A DNA stretch of 64,000 nucleotides from Dehalococcoidia bacterium (lineage in GTDB: Bacteria > Chloroflexota > Dehalococcoidia > Lucifugimonadales > CBDBON01). The position numbers and the translations under genes are program-made. Numbering within the stretch: the first letter of the stretch is position 1; each line of letters starts with the position of its first letter. A model generated the notes under the pieces. It was given only the letters and a program-made list of their open reading frames with translations. It did no database searches and was not told the origin of the DNA. Shown here piece by piece: positions 18,449-28,400 of the stretch. The stretch spans positions 2,656,650 to 2,720,649 of the forward strand of contig OZ240240.1 in the NCBI GenBank assembly GCA_965198105.1, given 5' to 3'.

Positions 18449-20108
18449 AGAGCGCCTGACCGCCGGCCGGCTGCTGCCCCTCCTCCCCCTGGTCTACATC
18501 GGAGTCTTCCTCCTCTATCCTCTGCTGGCGATCCTGGGCCGGAGCCTCGGCGGCGACGGCCTGTTCGACCTCGCGCCGCTGCGCGCTCTGCTGAGCGACC
18601 CCTACTACCTGGGCCGGATCTGGTTCACCGTGTGGCAGGCGCTGGCCTCCACCGCTCTGACGCTCCTGGTGGGACTCCCGGCGGCCTACCTCTTCGCACG
18701 GTACGATTTCCCTGGCAAGACCCTCCTCAGGGCGCTCTCGACCGTGCCGTTCGTCATGCCGACCATCGTCGTGGCAATGGGCTTCATCGCGCTCTTCGGC
18801 CCCAGAGGGCTGGTCAATGAGCTGCTCATGGGCCTCTTCGGGCTCGACGCCCCTCCTCTGAGCATAGTCAACTCGCTGACGGCCATACTGCTGGCGCACG
18901 CCTTCTACAACTACTCGATCGTGGTGCGAGTCGTCTCCGCCTTCTGGGCGAACCTCGACCCGGCGCTGGAGGAGAGCGCGAAGGTGCTGGGAGCGGGCAG
19001 GCTGCGCACGCTCCGTCACGTCACCCTGCCGCTGCTCCTCCCCGCCATCGCCTCCTCCGCGCTGCTCGCCTTCACCTTCTCCTTCACCAGCTTCGGAGTG
19101 GTGCTGGTGCTCGGCGGATCCCAGTTCGCCACGCTGGAGGTTGCGATCTACGAGCTTACGGCGAAGCTGTTCCGGCTTCCGCTGGCCGGGGCGCTGTCGG
19201 TGGTGCAGCTGGTATTCACCTACCTGTTCCTGCTGCTCTACACGAGGCTGCAGGCGCGGAGCGTATCGAGGCTCGACCTCAAGCCTGAGAGGGCGGGTCT
19301 CTCCCGTGGCGGAAGCGGGGGGGAGCGGATCTTCATGTGGGGGATGGTCGCGGCGCTTCTGCTCATCCTGTCGCCGCTGGGGGCGCTGGCAGAGCGCGCG
19401 CTCTCCACGGGGGACGGATACTCCCTCGCGCACTTCACGGGTCTCTTCTCCAACGAGCGGGCATCCTACTTCTTCCTCTCGCCGGTGACGATCGTGTGGA
19501 ACTCGCTGCGCTTCGCGCTGGCGACGGTGGCCGTATCACTGGTCATCGGCGGCGCGGCCTCATACTTTCTGGCCGGCGCGGGGAGGCGTACGGGCGTCCT
19601 GGACGCGCTCTTCATGCTGCCGCTCGGCGTCTCGGCCGTAATCCTCGGCTACGGCTTCCTGGTCGCCTTCAACCGTCCCCCGGTGGACCTACGCGCTTCG
19701 TGGGTGCTTCTCGTCGTCGCCCACTCGCTCGTCGCCTATCCGTTCGTCATAAGGAGCATCCTGCCCGTGGTGCGCGGGATGAACCCCAACCTCAGGGAGG
19801 CGGCCGCGATGCTGGGAGCGTCGCCGGTGCGCGCCTTCGTGCACGTCGACCTGCCGATAGTGTCGCGCGCGCTGCTCGTCGGCGCGACCTTCGCCTTCGC
19901 CATCTCGATGGGAGAGTTCGGCGCCTCCCTGCTGCTCGTCAGGCCGGAGCACACGACGATGCCGGTCGCCATCTTCCGCTTCCTCTCGCAGCCGGGAGGT
20001 GAGAAACTGGGCGAGGCGCTGGCGATGAGCAGCCTGCTGATGGCGGTCGTCGCGGTGGGGTTCGTCCTGATCGAAAGGGTGCGCTACAGGGAGGTGGGCT
20101 CCTTCTGA
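18444..20108 (+). CDS. thiP: thiamine ABC transporter permease (two-domain)
   Basis: TVWQALAST, PFVMPTIVV, LAHAFYN, EESAKVLGA and REAAAMLGAS (two EAA loops); ATG 18444 preferred. Confidence 0.9.
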   Translation: MRERLTAGRLLPLLPLVYIGVFLLYPLLAILGRSLGGDGLFDLAPLRALLSDPYYLGRIWFTVWQALASTALTLLVGLPAAYLFARYDFPGKTLLRALSTVPFVMPTIVVAMGFIALFGPRGLVNELLMGLFGLDAPPLSIVNSLTAILLAHAFYNYSIVVRVVSAFWANLDPALEESAKVLGAGRLRTLRHVTLPLLLPAIASSALLAFTFSFTSFGVVLVLGGSQFATLEVAIYELTAKLFRLPLAGALSVVQLVFTYLFLLLYTRLQARSVSRLDLKPERAGLSRGGSGGERIFMWGMVAALLLILSPLGALAERALSTGDGYSLAHFTGLFSNERASYFFLSPVTIVWNSLRFALATVAVSLVIGGAASYFLAGAGRRTGVLDALFMLPLGVSAVILGYGFLVAFNRPPVDLRASWVLLVVAHSLVAYPFVIRSILPVVRGMNPNLREAAAMLGASPVRAFVHVDLPIVSRALLVGATFAFAISMGEFGASLLLVRPEHTTMPVAIFRFLSQPGGEKLGEALAMSSLLMAVVAVGFVLIERVRYREVGSF

Positions 20109-21172
20109 TGGCGATACTCCAGGTTGACGGGCTGTCCAAGTCGTTCGGCAGTGTCGCCGCCGTGCGGAGGGCGACGCTGTCGGCGGAGCGCGGGGAGCTG
20201 GTCTGCCTGCTGGGGCCGAGCGGGTGCGGCAAGTCGACCCTCCTCCGCCTGATCGCCGGGCTGGAGCGGCCGGACGAGGGGAGCGTCGTCTTCGACGGCG
20301 AGCCGATGGACGGCGTGCCTCCTCAGCGGCGCGGATTCGGGCTGATGTTCCAGGAGCTTGCGCTCTTCCCGCACATGGACGTGTTCGGCAACGTCGCCTT
20401 TGGGCTGCGGATGCGGGGAGAGCCGGGCGGCGCGGTGGAGCGGCGGGTCGCCGGGCTGTTGGAGCTGGTCGGACTGGAAGAGTACGGGAGGCGCAGGGTC
20501 CACGAGCTTTCGGGCGGCGAGCGTCAGCGGGTCGCCCTGGCCCGCGCCCTGGCGCCCGCTCCGCGGCTGCTGATGCTCGACGAGCCGCTGGGATCGCTGG
20601 ACAGGGCGCTCAGGGAGGCGCTGCAGACGCAGGTGCGCGCGGTCCTCAAAGAGGTGGGCGTCACGTCGGTCTACGTCACGCACGACCGGGACGAGGCGTT
20701 CGCGATGGGCGACCGCCTCGCCTTCATGAACGGGGGCGCGATCGTCCGCAGCGGGACGCCACAGGAGGTGTTCGACGATCCCGGGGACGAGTTCGTCGCG
20801 CGGAGCCTCGGGTTCAAGAACATCCTGACTGGGACGGTACGGCGGACGGGCGAGGTGGTGGAGGTGGAATGCGCCATCGGTCTGGTAAGGGTGCGCGGGA
20901 GCGGCGGGTCGCTGAAGGTCGGAGACGCGGTGTCACTGGTGGTGGACGAGCGGGCTGTGGAGGTCAGCGCCGGCGCGACGGCGGGACGGGGCGGCCTGCG
21001 GGGGCGGTGCGTCGAGCGCGTGTTCAGGGGCGGAGAGTACGAGCTGAGGCTGGAGGTGGGCGGCGGCGAGCTGTTCAGCCGGAGGGCGGCGGGGACGGCC
21101 CCCGCTCCGCCGGAGGAGGGGGACGAGGTGTCGGTGGTGATTCCAGAGGGCGCGGCGAAGCTGCTGCGCTAG
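20108..21172 (+). CDS. thiQ: thiamine ABC transporter ATP-binding protein
   Basis: GPSGCGKST, LSGGERQRVALARAL, LDEPLGSLD and VTHD motifs; TGATG coupling to thiP. Confidence 0.88.
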   Translation: MAILQVDGLSKSFGSVAAVRRATLSAERGELVCLLGPSGCGKSTLLRLIAGLERPDEGSVVFDGEPMDGVPPQRRGFGLMFQELALFPHMDVFGNVAFGLRMRGEPGGAVERRVAGLLELVGLEEYGRRRVHELSGGERQRVALARALAPAPRLLMLDEPLGSLDRALREALQTQVRAVLKEVGVTSVYVTHDRDEAFAMGDRLAFMNGGAIVRSGTPQEVFDDPGDEFVARSLGFKNILTGTVRRTGEVVEVECAIGLVRVRGSGGSLKVGDAVSLVVDERAVEVSAGATAGRGGLRGRCVERVFRGGEYELRLEVGGGELFSRRAAGTAPAPPEEGDEVSVVIPEGAAKLLR

Positions 21173-21720
21173 AGGGAGCCCCCATCTCAATCTTCCCCCG
21201 CGGACGGGGGAAGAGGAAGGACGCGGAAAGAGGAAGAGCGGAAGATGACGGAAGAGCGGACGAGGGGCGAGCGGCGGGAGGAGAGACGCAGGAAGCGTCG
21301 CAAGATGCGGGTCATCGGCCGGAGCGTCCGGACTCTCCAGCGAATCATCATGCGCCGCGCGGAGAAGGGGAAGGAGGACAAGGGCCGCTGAGCAGCCCCC
21401 GTCATCCTAGCTAACGGCTGACCCGGCGCTAGCCTCATCCTGTGAGCGGAGCGACGGGGCAGCTAGATCATATTACTCTTGCCCTCGGATGTACATGGCG
21501 ACAGTCAAACCGAATAGCCACGCCGATGGCGACGGATAAAGTTGGCGGGGCACCCTGTCCTGAGGATGGTTAAGGTTCAAGAATCTCAAGTCAAGATGAG
21601 CAATTCGTGAGACTCGAAGGGGATTGACGCCCCCAATTCCCCTGGTCTATGGTGAGCATACGTCTACAGGAGGTGCCACTGTATCGTTGTCAATCAAAGA
21701 GAACCATCGGAGGTGCCCAA

Positions 21721-21858
21721 ATGAAGCGTATGCTGCTGGTCGCACTCATCACCACGGCATCCGTTGCAGTGTTGGCCTCTCGGCCCAACATCAGGTCAGC
21801 GGTGTCTACGTGGAAGGGAACGCTAGGATCGCTTAGGCCGGAAGCGCCATCCGTCTAG
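21721..21858 (+). CDS. putative 45-aa peptide with hydrophobic N-terminus
   Basis: GGAGGTG SD; MKRMLLVALITTASVAVLASRPN...; own promoter-like and terminator-like signals. Confidence 0.45.
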   Translation: MKRMLLVALITTASVAVLASRPNIRSAVSTWKGTLGSLRPEAPSV

Positions 21859-21877
21859 AACCTAGCGTCCTAACAAC

Positions 21878-21906
21878 GGGCGGGTCGACATGGCCCGCCT
21901 TTTCAT
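21878..21906 (+). terminator. intrinsic terminator
   Basis: GGCGGGTC-gacat-GGCCCGCC followed by TTTTCATTT. Confidence 0.7.
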
Positions 21907-22089
21907 TTGTGGTATTGATGGGGGACACTTGAAATTCTCTCGAGGGACCGAAAGTCGGCTGATAGTGGTCGTTTTGTTACTGTAGATTGAATGCATAGCA
22001 TACTCGTACAGAAGCAATCGCGGAGACAGATAAGGGAGTATGAATTGGGCACATTTGGTGCGGAATGTCAGTCCTGGAGAAGCAGTGAC

Positions 22090-22332
22090 ATGGCCGCCTA
22101 CCTGAACGTCGCCCTGGAAGAGGGCGACGTGAGCCTTATCATGGCGACGCTGGGAGACATCGCCCGCGCCAGGAGAATGGCGGTGGTGGCGCAGGAGACG
22201 GGGCTGGCGAGGGAGAGCCTCTACAAGTCGCTGTCCGCCGACGGCAACCCGGAGTTCGCCACCATGCTCAAGGTGGTGCGCGCCCTGGGACTCCGGCTTC
22301 GGGCCGCCACTGCGGAAGCGACCGGCGAATGA
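22090..22332 (+). CDS. addiction-module antidote protein (HI1420-like HTH), N-terminally short, no toxin partner
   Basis: AAYLNVALEEGD..LGDIARARRM..VA.ETGL.RESLYKSLS..GNPEFAT.LKV..ALGL.L. Confidence 0.8.
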   Translation: MAAYLNVALEEGDVSLIMATLGDIARARRMAVVAQETGLARESLYKSLSADGNPEFATMLKVVRALGLRLRAATAEATGE

Positions 22333-22460
22333 TGAGGGCGGTGCGTGGAGCGTGTGTTCAGAGGCGGGGATCAAGGAGTGGAATCGGGCGTGGAAACTCG
22401 CGTTGATTGAGAGGGGCAATCCAGGATGGCTGGACCGTCTCTGTGAATGTACAGAGGGGT

Positions 22461-24308
22461 TCAACTAGGCGTGTCGATCGGTATGCCGTCGTACTTGAGT
22501 GCAATCCGGGTCAATTCCGGCAGGATACCAATACGACCGAGTCCCAGAAATAGTCTATAAGCCGAATCAGCCGAGGCCTTCGATTCGGACATCGACTGGC
22601 CGGCCCCGTGTTCAGCAGGGTTTCTGGAGTCGGCAAGCTGCCTCATACTCGCGGGCAGGTTCTCAGTCAAGAACTGCTTTTCGCACTCATCGAAACCGTC
22701 CCGGAAACTGTTACGTTCGCAAATTTCAATGTATTTACGAATGTCGAGTGCATCGAGGACATCGAGGTAGTTAGGTTCCGTCTTCTCAAAAAACTTCGGC
22801 AGATACCAATAGCACATCTCCTCGGTTGCCCGCTGTAGATCGTTAAGAATCGTCTCCCTGCTCACTCGTTGCGTGGAGTTCCAGATTATGTCCGCGTCGA
22901 CGAGTCTCTCCTGTGTACGTTCAGGCAACCTCGACCAACTGCTGCCGAAGAAATATCGCTGCAGCCTACGCTCGGCTGCCTGCTTTTCGTCTTCATCACG
23001 CATCTTCCTGTACTCGCTGGGGCTGAGTTGGGCAGTCGCCCACGCCGCAGCGCTGTGCCAGAACTCACCCCAATTGACTGTATTCCCTTTGCCATCGTGG
23101 ATACGCACACGATCGATATTTGCTGCGAGCACCTCGTGGATGTCCTCTGACTGTTCAAACTCTTCAAGATCGTAAAGCTCTATGTAGTATTTTTCGAAGT
23201 ATTCATCCGGGTCGGCTTCTTCGATTTCGTCGAACCTCCAACACATCCCCTGATTGGCTAGGATTAAGCAGTCGGCGGCAACCGACCTCCAATCATTGAT
23301 AGATCGCCTATCTGTCCGGAGCTCTTCAATCAACTCGGTGAATTGTGTAACGGATATCCGCAGGCCTGTCAGGAAATACTCGAGGTCACCGCCCCAGGGC
23401 GGTACCGCGTTGGGCGCGAACCGGTCTCGACCCAGCGGCCAAGCATCCCATAAGCCCATAGGGGTAGGCAGTGCGTATTCGTAGAGCTCGCCCGCTCGTG
23501 CGAGGTAGTGAAGGGCGTCCGCGTAGCATCCGTCGATCCGGCTGATACGGCTCAGGAACACGAAAGAGATAGCTGAGACTGCGAGGGTAGAGTGATAGAT
23601 CGCGACGCCTTCCAGTCTTAGCTCACCTCCCTGCCAACGCTCGACCTTGTGGTCGAAGCCGGCTCGGTCGAGGAGATCGAGAGTCCTCTTCACATCAGCT
23701 AGACAGGCTCTCACTTCTTCAGAGAAGCCGTCGGTCTGACGGAGCTTGAACGCGCGTGCGGCGGCGACATGGATGAACACCAAGGCGTTCTTGAAGGCTA
23801 CGGGGAACGCCATGCTGTCCGGGGGACCTTCATCGTGGGCTTCCAGGAATGCCCTTATCTCGGAGTCGTCACCGTCCGGTTCATACGACACACGGTGGCG
23901 GTGGTACAGCAGCTCGAGGACTTCCAGCACTGCCCTCTTGTCTGGATTCGCTTCCCTCTGGGCCCAGTCCAACTGTCGTTCGACTTCTCGATACGTCGAT
24001 GACAGTTCCATCACCCGGGACATGTCCCGTTCTCGTCCGGCCTCCAACATCGCCTCTTCGATGGAGGCAAGCCTAGCCTTGGAATTCTCATCCTGGTCAA
24101 CTAGTCTCGGGGCCGGTGATCTTGCTCCCTCGTTGTCCTTCAACGTTGGCTGGTACAGATCCCAGAACAGGTACATGGGATGGAAGGAGTCGGCATGGTC
24201 TCGGAATCTCAGCAGAGTGTCTATATCGGCCCAAACGAACTCACTCGACGCAGCGAGCGACTTCAGGCCGTCCCACGGTTCATCTAGGTGTGAATCCGAA
24301 TCACTCAT
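22461..24308 (-). CDS. large hypothetical protein with a putative C-terminal HEPN domain
   Basis: Long open frame with atypical, lower-GC composition; AAGGA SD and TGcTATAAT promoter; RNPAEH (R-x4-H) motif near the C-terminus. Confidence 0.7.
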   Translation of the reverse strand: MSDSDSHLDEPWDGLKSLAASSEFVWADIDTLLRFRDHADSFHPMYLFWDLYQPTLKDNEGARSPAPRLVDQDENSKARLASIEEAMLEAGRERDMSRVMELSSTYREVERQLDWAQREANPDKRAVLEVLELLYHRHRVSYEPDGDDSEIRAFLEAHDEGPPDSMAFPVAFKNALVFIHVAAARAFKLRQTDGFSEEVRACLADVKRTLDLLDRAGFDHKVERWQGGELRLEGVAIYHSTLAVSAISFVFLSRISRIDGCYADALHYLARAGELYEYALPTPMGLWDAWPLGRDRFAPNAVPPWGGDLEYFLTGLRISVTQFTELIEELRTDRRSINDWRSVAADCLILANQGMCWRFDEIEEADPDEYFEKYYIELYDLEEFEQSEDIHEVLAANIDRVRIHDGKGNTVNWGEFWHSAAAWATAQLSPSEYRKMRDEDEKQAAERRLQRYFFGSSWSRLPERTQERLVDADIIWNSTQRVSRETILNDLQRATEEMCYWYLPKFFEKTEPNYLDVLDALDIRKYIEICERNSFRDGFDECEKQFLTENLPASMRQLADSRNPAEHGAGQSMSESKASADSAYRLFLGLGRIGILPELTRIALKYDGIPIDTPS

Positions 24309-24544
24309 GTTCCTTCGTCCTACGACAACGACTCTTGCTACGGCTGCACGGCCCACCAGCGGTGGATTATAGCAACGTCGAAGCTCCCACCCCAGGTCCC
24401 TCGCTGCGCTCGGGACGACAGGGAGGCCCCCTCATCCTAAACCTTCTCCCGCGAGGGGAGAAGGGACCAGCTCCGCCCCCATAAGCTCCCACGCCCCCTA
24501 AACATTCCCCCGTGAGAGGAGAGCGGGACCACTCTCCCGTCATC

Positions 24545-25162
24545 TCAGTCCCAGGTGGGGCGCGGCATGGAGAAGCGGCTGTCGACCTCGACGAAATCGC
24601 GGTATCCGAGTCTGCCGACGGGCCTCAGCTTGAGGAAGTCTATGCGTCCGTCCGTCAGGACACGCTCGTCGATGTGGACCCCGATCACTTCCCCGAACAC
24701 GACCGTGTTGGGATCGTCCGGGTCGTTCGTCAGCATCTCCACCGACCGGGTATACCTGCACTCCAGATGAACCGGGCTCTCCGCCACGCGCGGGCATCTC
24801 ACCAGCCTGCTCTCGGCCTTGGTCAGCCCAGCGTACTCGAACTCGTCTACCTCTCGCGGGGCGGGGACCGAAGAGGCGTTCATCTGCTCCCTCAGCTCCC
24901 ACGTGGCGACGTTCACGACGAACTCTCCCGTCGTCTGCGAGTCGAGCACGGCGTCCTTGAGCCCGCCGAAGCTGTGGCCGCTGGTCGCCGCGAACATCAC
25001 CTGCGGAGGGCTGTATGCGACGGCGTTGAAGAAGGAGTAGGGCGCGAGGTTGGGGACGCCCTGCTCGCTGAGGGTGGATATCCAGCCGATCGGCCTCGGG
25101 ACCACGATGGCGTTCAGCGTGCTGTAGGACTCGGCGGACCCCTTCTCGATCTCATAGAACAT
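24545..25162 (-). CDS. flavin reductase family protein (DIM6/NTAB)
   Basis: VPRPIGWIST, NLAPYSFFN, GEFVVN, VAESPVHLEC and RPVGRLG motifs. Confidence 0.9.
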   Translation of the reverse strand: MFYEIEKGSAESYSTLNAIVVPRPIGWISTLSEQGVPNLAPYSFFNAVAYSPPQVMFAATSGHSFGGLKDAVLDSQTTGEFVVNVATWELREQMNASSVPAPREVDEFEYAGLTKAESRLVRCPRVAESPVHLECRYTRSVEMLTNDPDDPNTVVFGEVIGVHIDERVLTDGRIDFLKLRPVGRLGYRDFVEVDSRFSMPRPTWD

Positions 25163-25440
25163 CGGCGTCTCCTGTCAGAGCTGAGGATCGAACGGTGGCG
25201 GCTAATAACAATAGCATGAGGCTTCCCGGCCACGCCCTAGGGACCCCCATCTCAATCTTCCCCCGCGGAGCCGGGGGAAGAGGTAAGAGCCTCCTCTCCA
25301 TCCGCCAAATTGCCCACATTACTCATGGAGTCCGAACAGTTATCGCTTTAGGTCTTCCGGTTGATGGGCGGGCGGCGGCGTGCGAGAATACCGGCCACAG
25401 TCTTACGGTCCGGCGGATCAGCCGAAAGAGGGGGTCTACG

Positions 25441-28400
25441 ATGACGAGCGCGGCGAGCAGCCTGAGCCTTATGGAGAGCGGAGTGCGGTGGCGGTCGATA
25501 GGCCCTTTCAGAGGAGGGCGTGTCGTCGCCGTCGCCGGGGACCCGGTGGACGCGATGACCTTCTACTTCGGCGCCTGCGGGGGCGGCGTGTGGAAGACGA
25601 CGGACGGCGGGACCTACTGGGAGAATATCTCCGACGGTTTTTTCAGTACCGCCGCGGTGGGGGCCATCGCAGTCGCGGATAGCGACCGGAACGTGATCTA
25701 CGCGGGGATGGGCGAGGCGTGCATCCGGGGGAACGTCACCCACGGGGACGGCGTATACCGGTCTACCGACGCGGGCAGAAGCTGGACGCACCTCGGCCTC
25801 TCCGACACGCGACACATCGCGCGGGTGCGCGTCCATCCGCGGGACCCGGACACGGTATACGTCGCGGCGCTGGGCCACGCCTTCGGCCCGAACGAGGAGC
25901 GCGGCGTCTTCCGCTCAAGGGACGGAGGGAAGAGTTGGGAGCGGGTCCTCTACGTCAGCGAGGACACGGGGGCGGCGGACCTGTCGATAGACCCGAACAA
26001 CCCGCGCATCATCTACGCGACGATGTGGCAGGTGCGGCGGACGCCCTGGAGCCTCAGCAGCGGGGGGGCGGAGTGCGGCATCTACAAGAGCTCCGACGGC
26101 GGAGACACCTGGACCGACCTGACCGGCAACCCCGGCCTTCCCGAGGGGCTGAAGGGCCGGATGGGAGTCTCGGCCTCGCCGGCGCGCTCGGACAGGGTGT
26201 GGGCGGTGATAGAGGCCAACAGGGAGGAGCGGGGCCTGTACCGCTCGGACGACGGGGGGGCGACCTGGGCCCAGGTGAGCGACGACGCCAACCTCGTGCA
26301 GCGGCCCTGGTACTACAGCCACGTCTTCGCAGACCCCGGGGACCCGGAGACGGTCTACGTGATGAACATGAAGGCGTGGAAGTCGACGGACGGCGGCAAG
26401 AGCTTCGACCAGCTCTCGACGCCACACGGCGACAACCACGACATCTGGATCGACCCGAACGACACGAAGCGGATGATCCAGGGGAACGACGGCGGAGCGT
26501 GCGTCTCCTTCAACGGGGGAGCGACCTGGTCTACGATCTTCAACCAGCCGACCACCCAGTTCTACCATCTCGCGACGAGCACAGACTTCCCGTACCGGGT
26601 GTACGGCACGCAGCAGGACAACAGCGCGGTCAGCGTGCCGAGCCGGTCGAGCTACGGGGCGATACTGTGGGGCGAGTGCTATCCGTGCGGGAGCTCGGAG
26701 AGCGGCCACATCGCCGTGCGCCCGGACAACCCGGACATCGTCTACTCCGGCGCCATCGGGAGCTCCAACGGCGGGGGAGACTCGCTGATGCGCTACGACC
26801 ACTCTACCCGTCAGGCGAGGATCGTCTCGGTGTGGCCGGAGTTCTACTGGGGCTGGGGCGCGAAGGACCACAAGTACCGGTTCCAGTGGACATACCCGAT
26901 CGTCATCTCTCCCCATGACCATGACGTCGTCTTCGTCACGGCGAACGTGGTGTTCAGGTCGGACGACGAGGGGGCGAGCTGGACGGCGATCAGCCCGGAT
27001 CTGACGCGAAACGACCCCACGAAGATGGAGGCCTCCGGCGGCCCGGTCACCCTGGATACGACCTACGTCGAGAACTACGGGACGATCTTCGCCTTCACCG
27101 AGTCTCCGCACGAGGCGGGGGTCTTCTGGGCCGGCTCGGACGACGGCCTCATCCACCTCTCCCGCGACGACGGCGGCACCTGGGCCGACGTGACCCCTAA
27201 GGACCTCCCGGAGTGGACGCGCATCGACGTCATCGAGGTGTCGCCCCACGACCCGTCGACCGCCTACGTCTCGGCGACGAGATACAAGCACGACGACACA
27301 CGCCCCTTCCTCTATAAGACGAACGACTTCGGCTCCACCTGGCGCAGGATCTCCGACGGCCTGCCACAGGACGACTTCACGCGCATGATCAGAGAGGACA
27401 CGGAGCGCCCCGGCCTCCTCTACGCCGGCACCGAGACGAGGATGTACGTCTCGTTCGACGGCGGCGGCTCCTGGGAGTCTCTACAGGGCAACATGCCGGC
27501 TGTGCCGATTACCGATCTGGCCGTCAAGGGCAACGAGCTGGTCGCCTCCACGAACGGACGCGGCTTCTGGATACTGGACGACCTCGCACTGGTGCGCCAG
27601 CTTCCCGACCGGGACGCCGGCGCGGCGATGGAGCTCTTCAAGCCCGCCGACACCTACCGGACGAGCGGGGGCCTGGAGCGGTGGCCCGCGCCCGGCAAGA
27701 ACTACAGCCTGGGACTCGGACTCGGAGGCGCCTACTACGAGAAGAAGACGCCGGAAGGAGAGAAGGAACGGGTGCTGCTGGACGCCGGCGAGAACCCGCC
27801 GGAAGGCGTCGTCGTCTGCTACCACCTGCACGAGGCGCAGGAGGAGGCGACGCTCGCATTCCTGGATGCGCAGGGACGGCTGGTGAAGTCGTTCGGGCCC
27901 AAGAGCGAGGACGACGATGATGAGCCCTTCATCGGGCTCGACGCCGGGATGAACCGCTTCGTGTGGGACATGCGCTACCCGGACGCGACGAAGCTCGATA
28001 TAGAGGGGGCGAGGAAAAAAGGGCTCGCCGGCCCCGTCGCCTCGCCCGGCGTCTACGAGGCGCGGCTGACCGTCGGGGAGGAGACGCAGTCCCAGCGGTT
28101 CGAGATCGTGAAGGACCCCAGGATATCGGCGACGCAGGCCGACCTGGACGAGCAGCAGGCGGCGCTGATCCGGTCCAGGGAGAAGCTCACCGAGTGCCAC
28201 GAGGCGATCAACCGGCTGATGAGGGTGCGTGACCAGGTCAACGAGTGGGCGCGGCGCGCGGAGGAGCACGGAGGCGCGGAGCCGCTCGCGGAGGCGGCGG
28301 AGGCTCTGAACGGCAAGCTGGGCGAGATCGAGGCGGAGCTCATCCAGCTCAACTCGGTCGGAGAGACGGACATGATAAGCCAGCCCGCGGGTCTCAGCGC

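Noticed and set aside
21392-21600. Possible structured ncRNA between thiQ and the peptide unit
   Set aside because: Short complementary segments exist, but there is no match to an RNA family I recognise and covariation cannot be tested.
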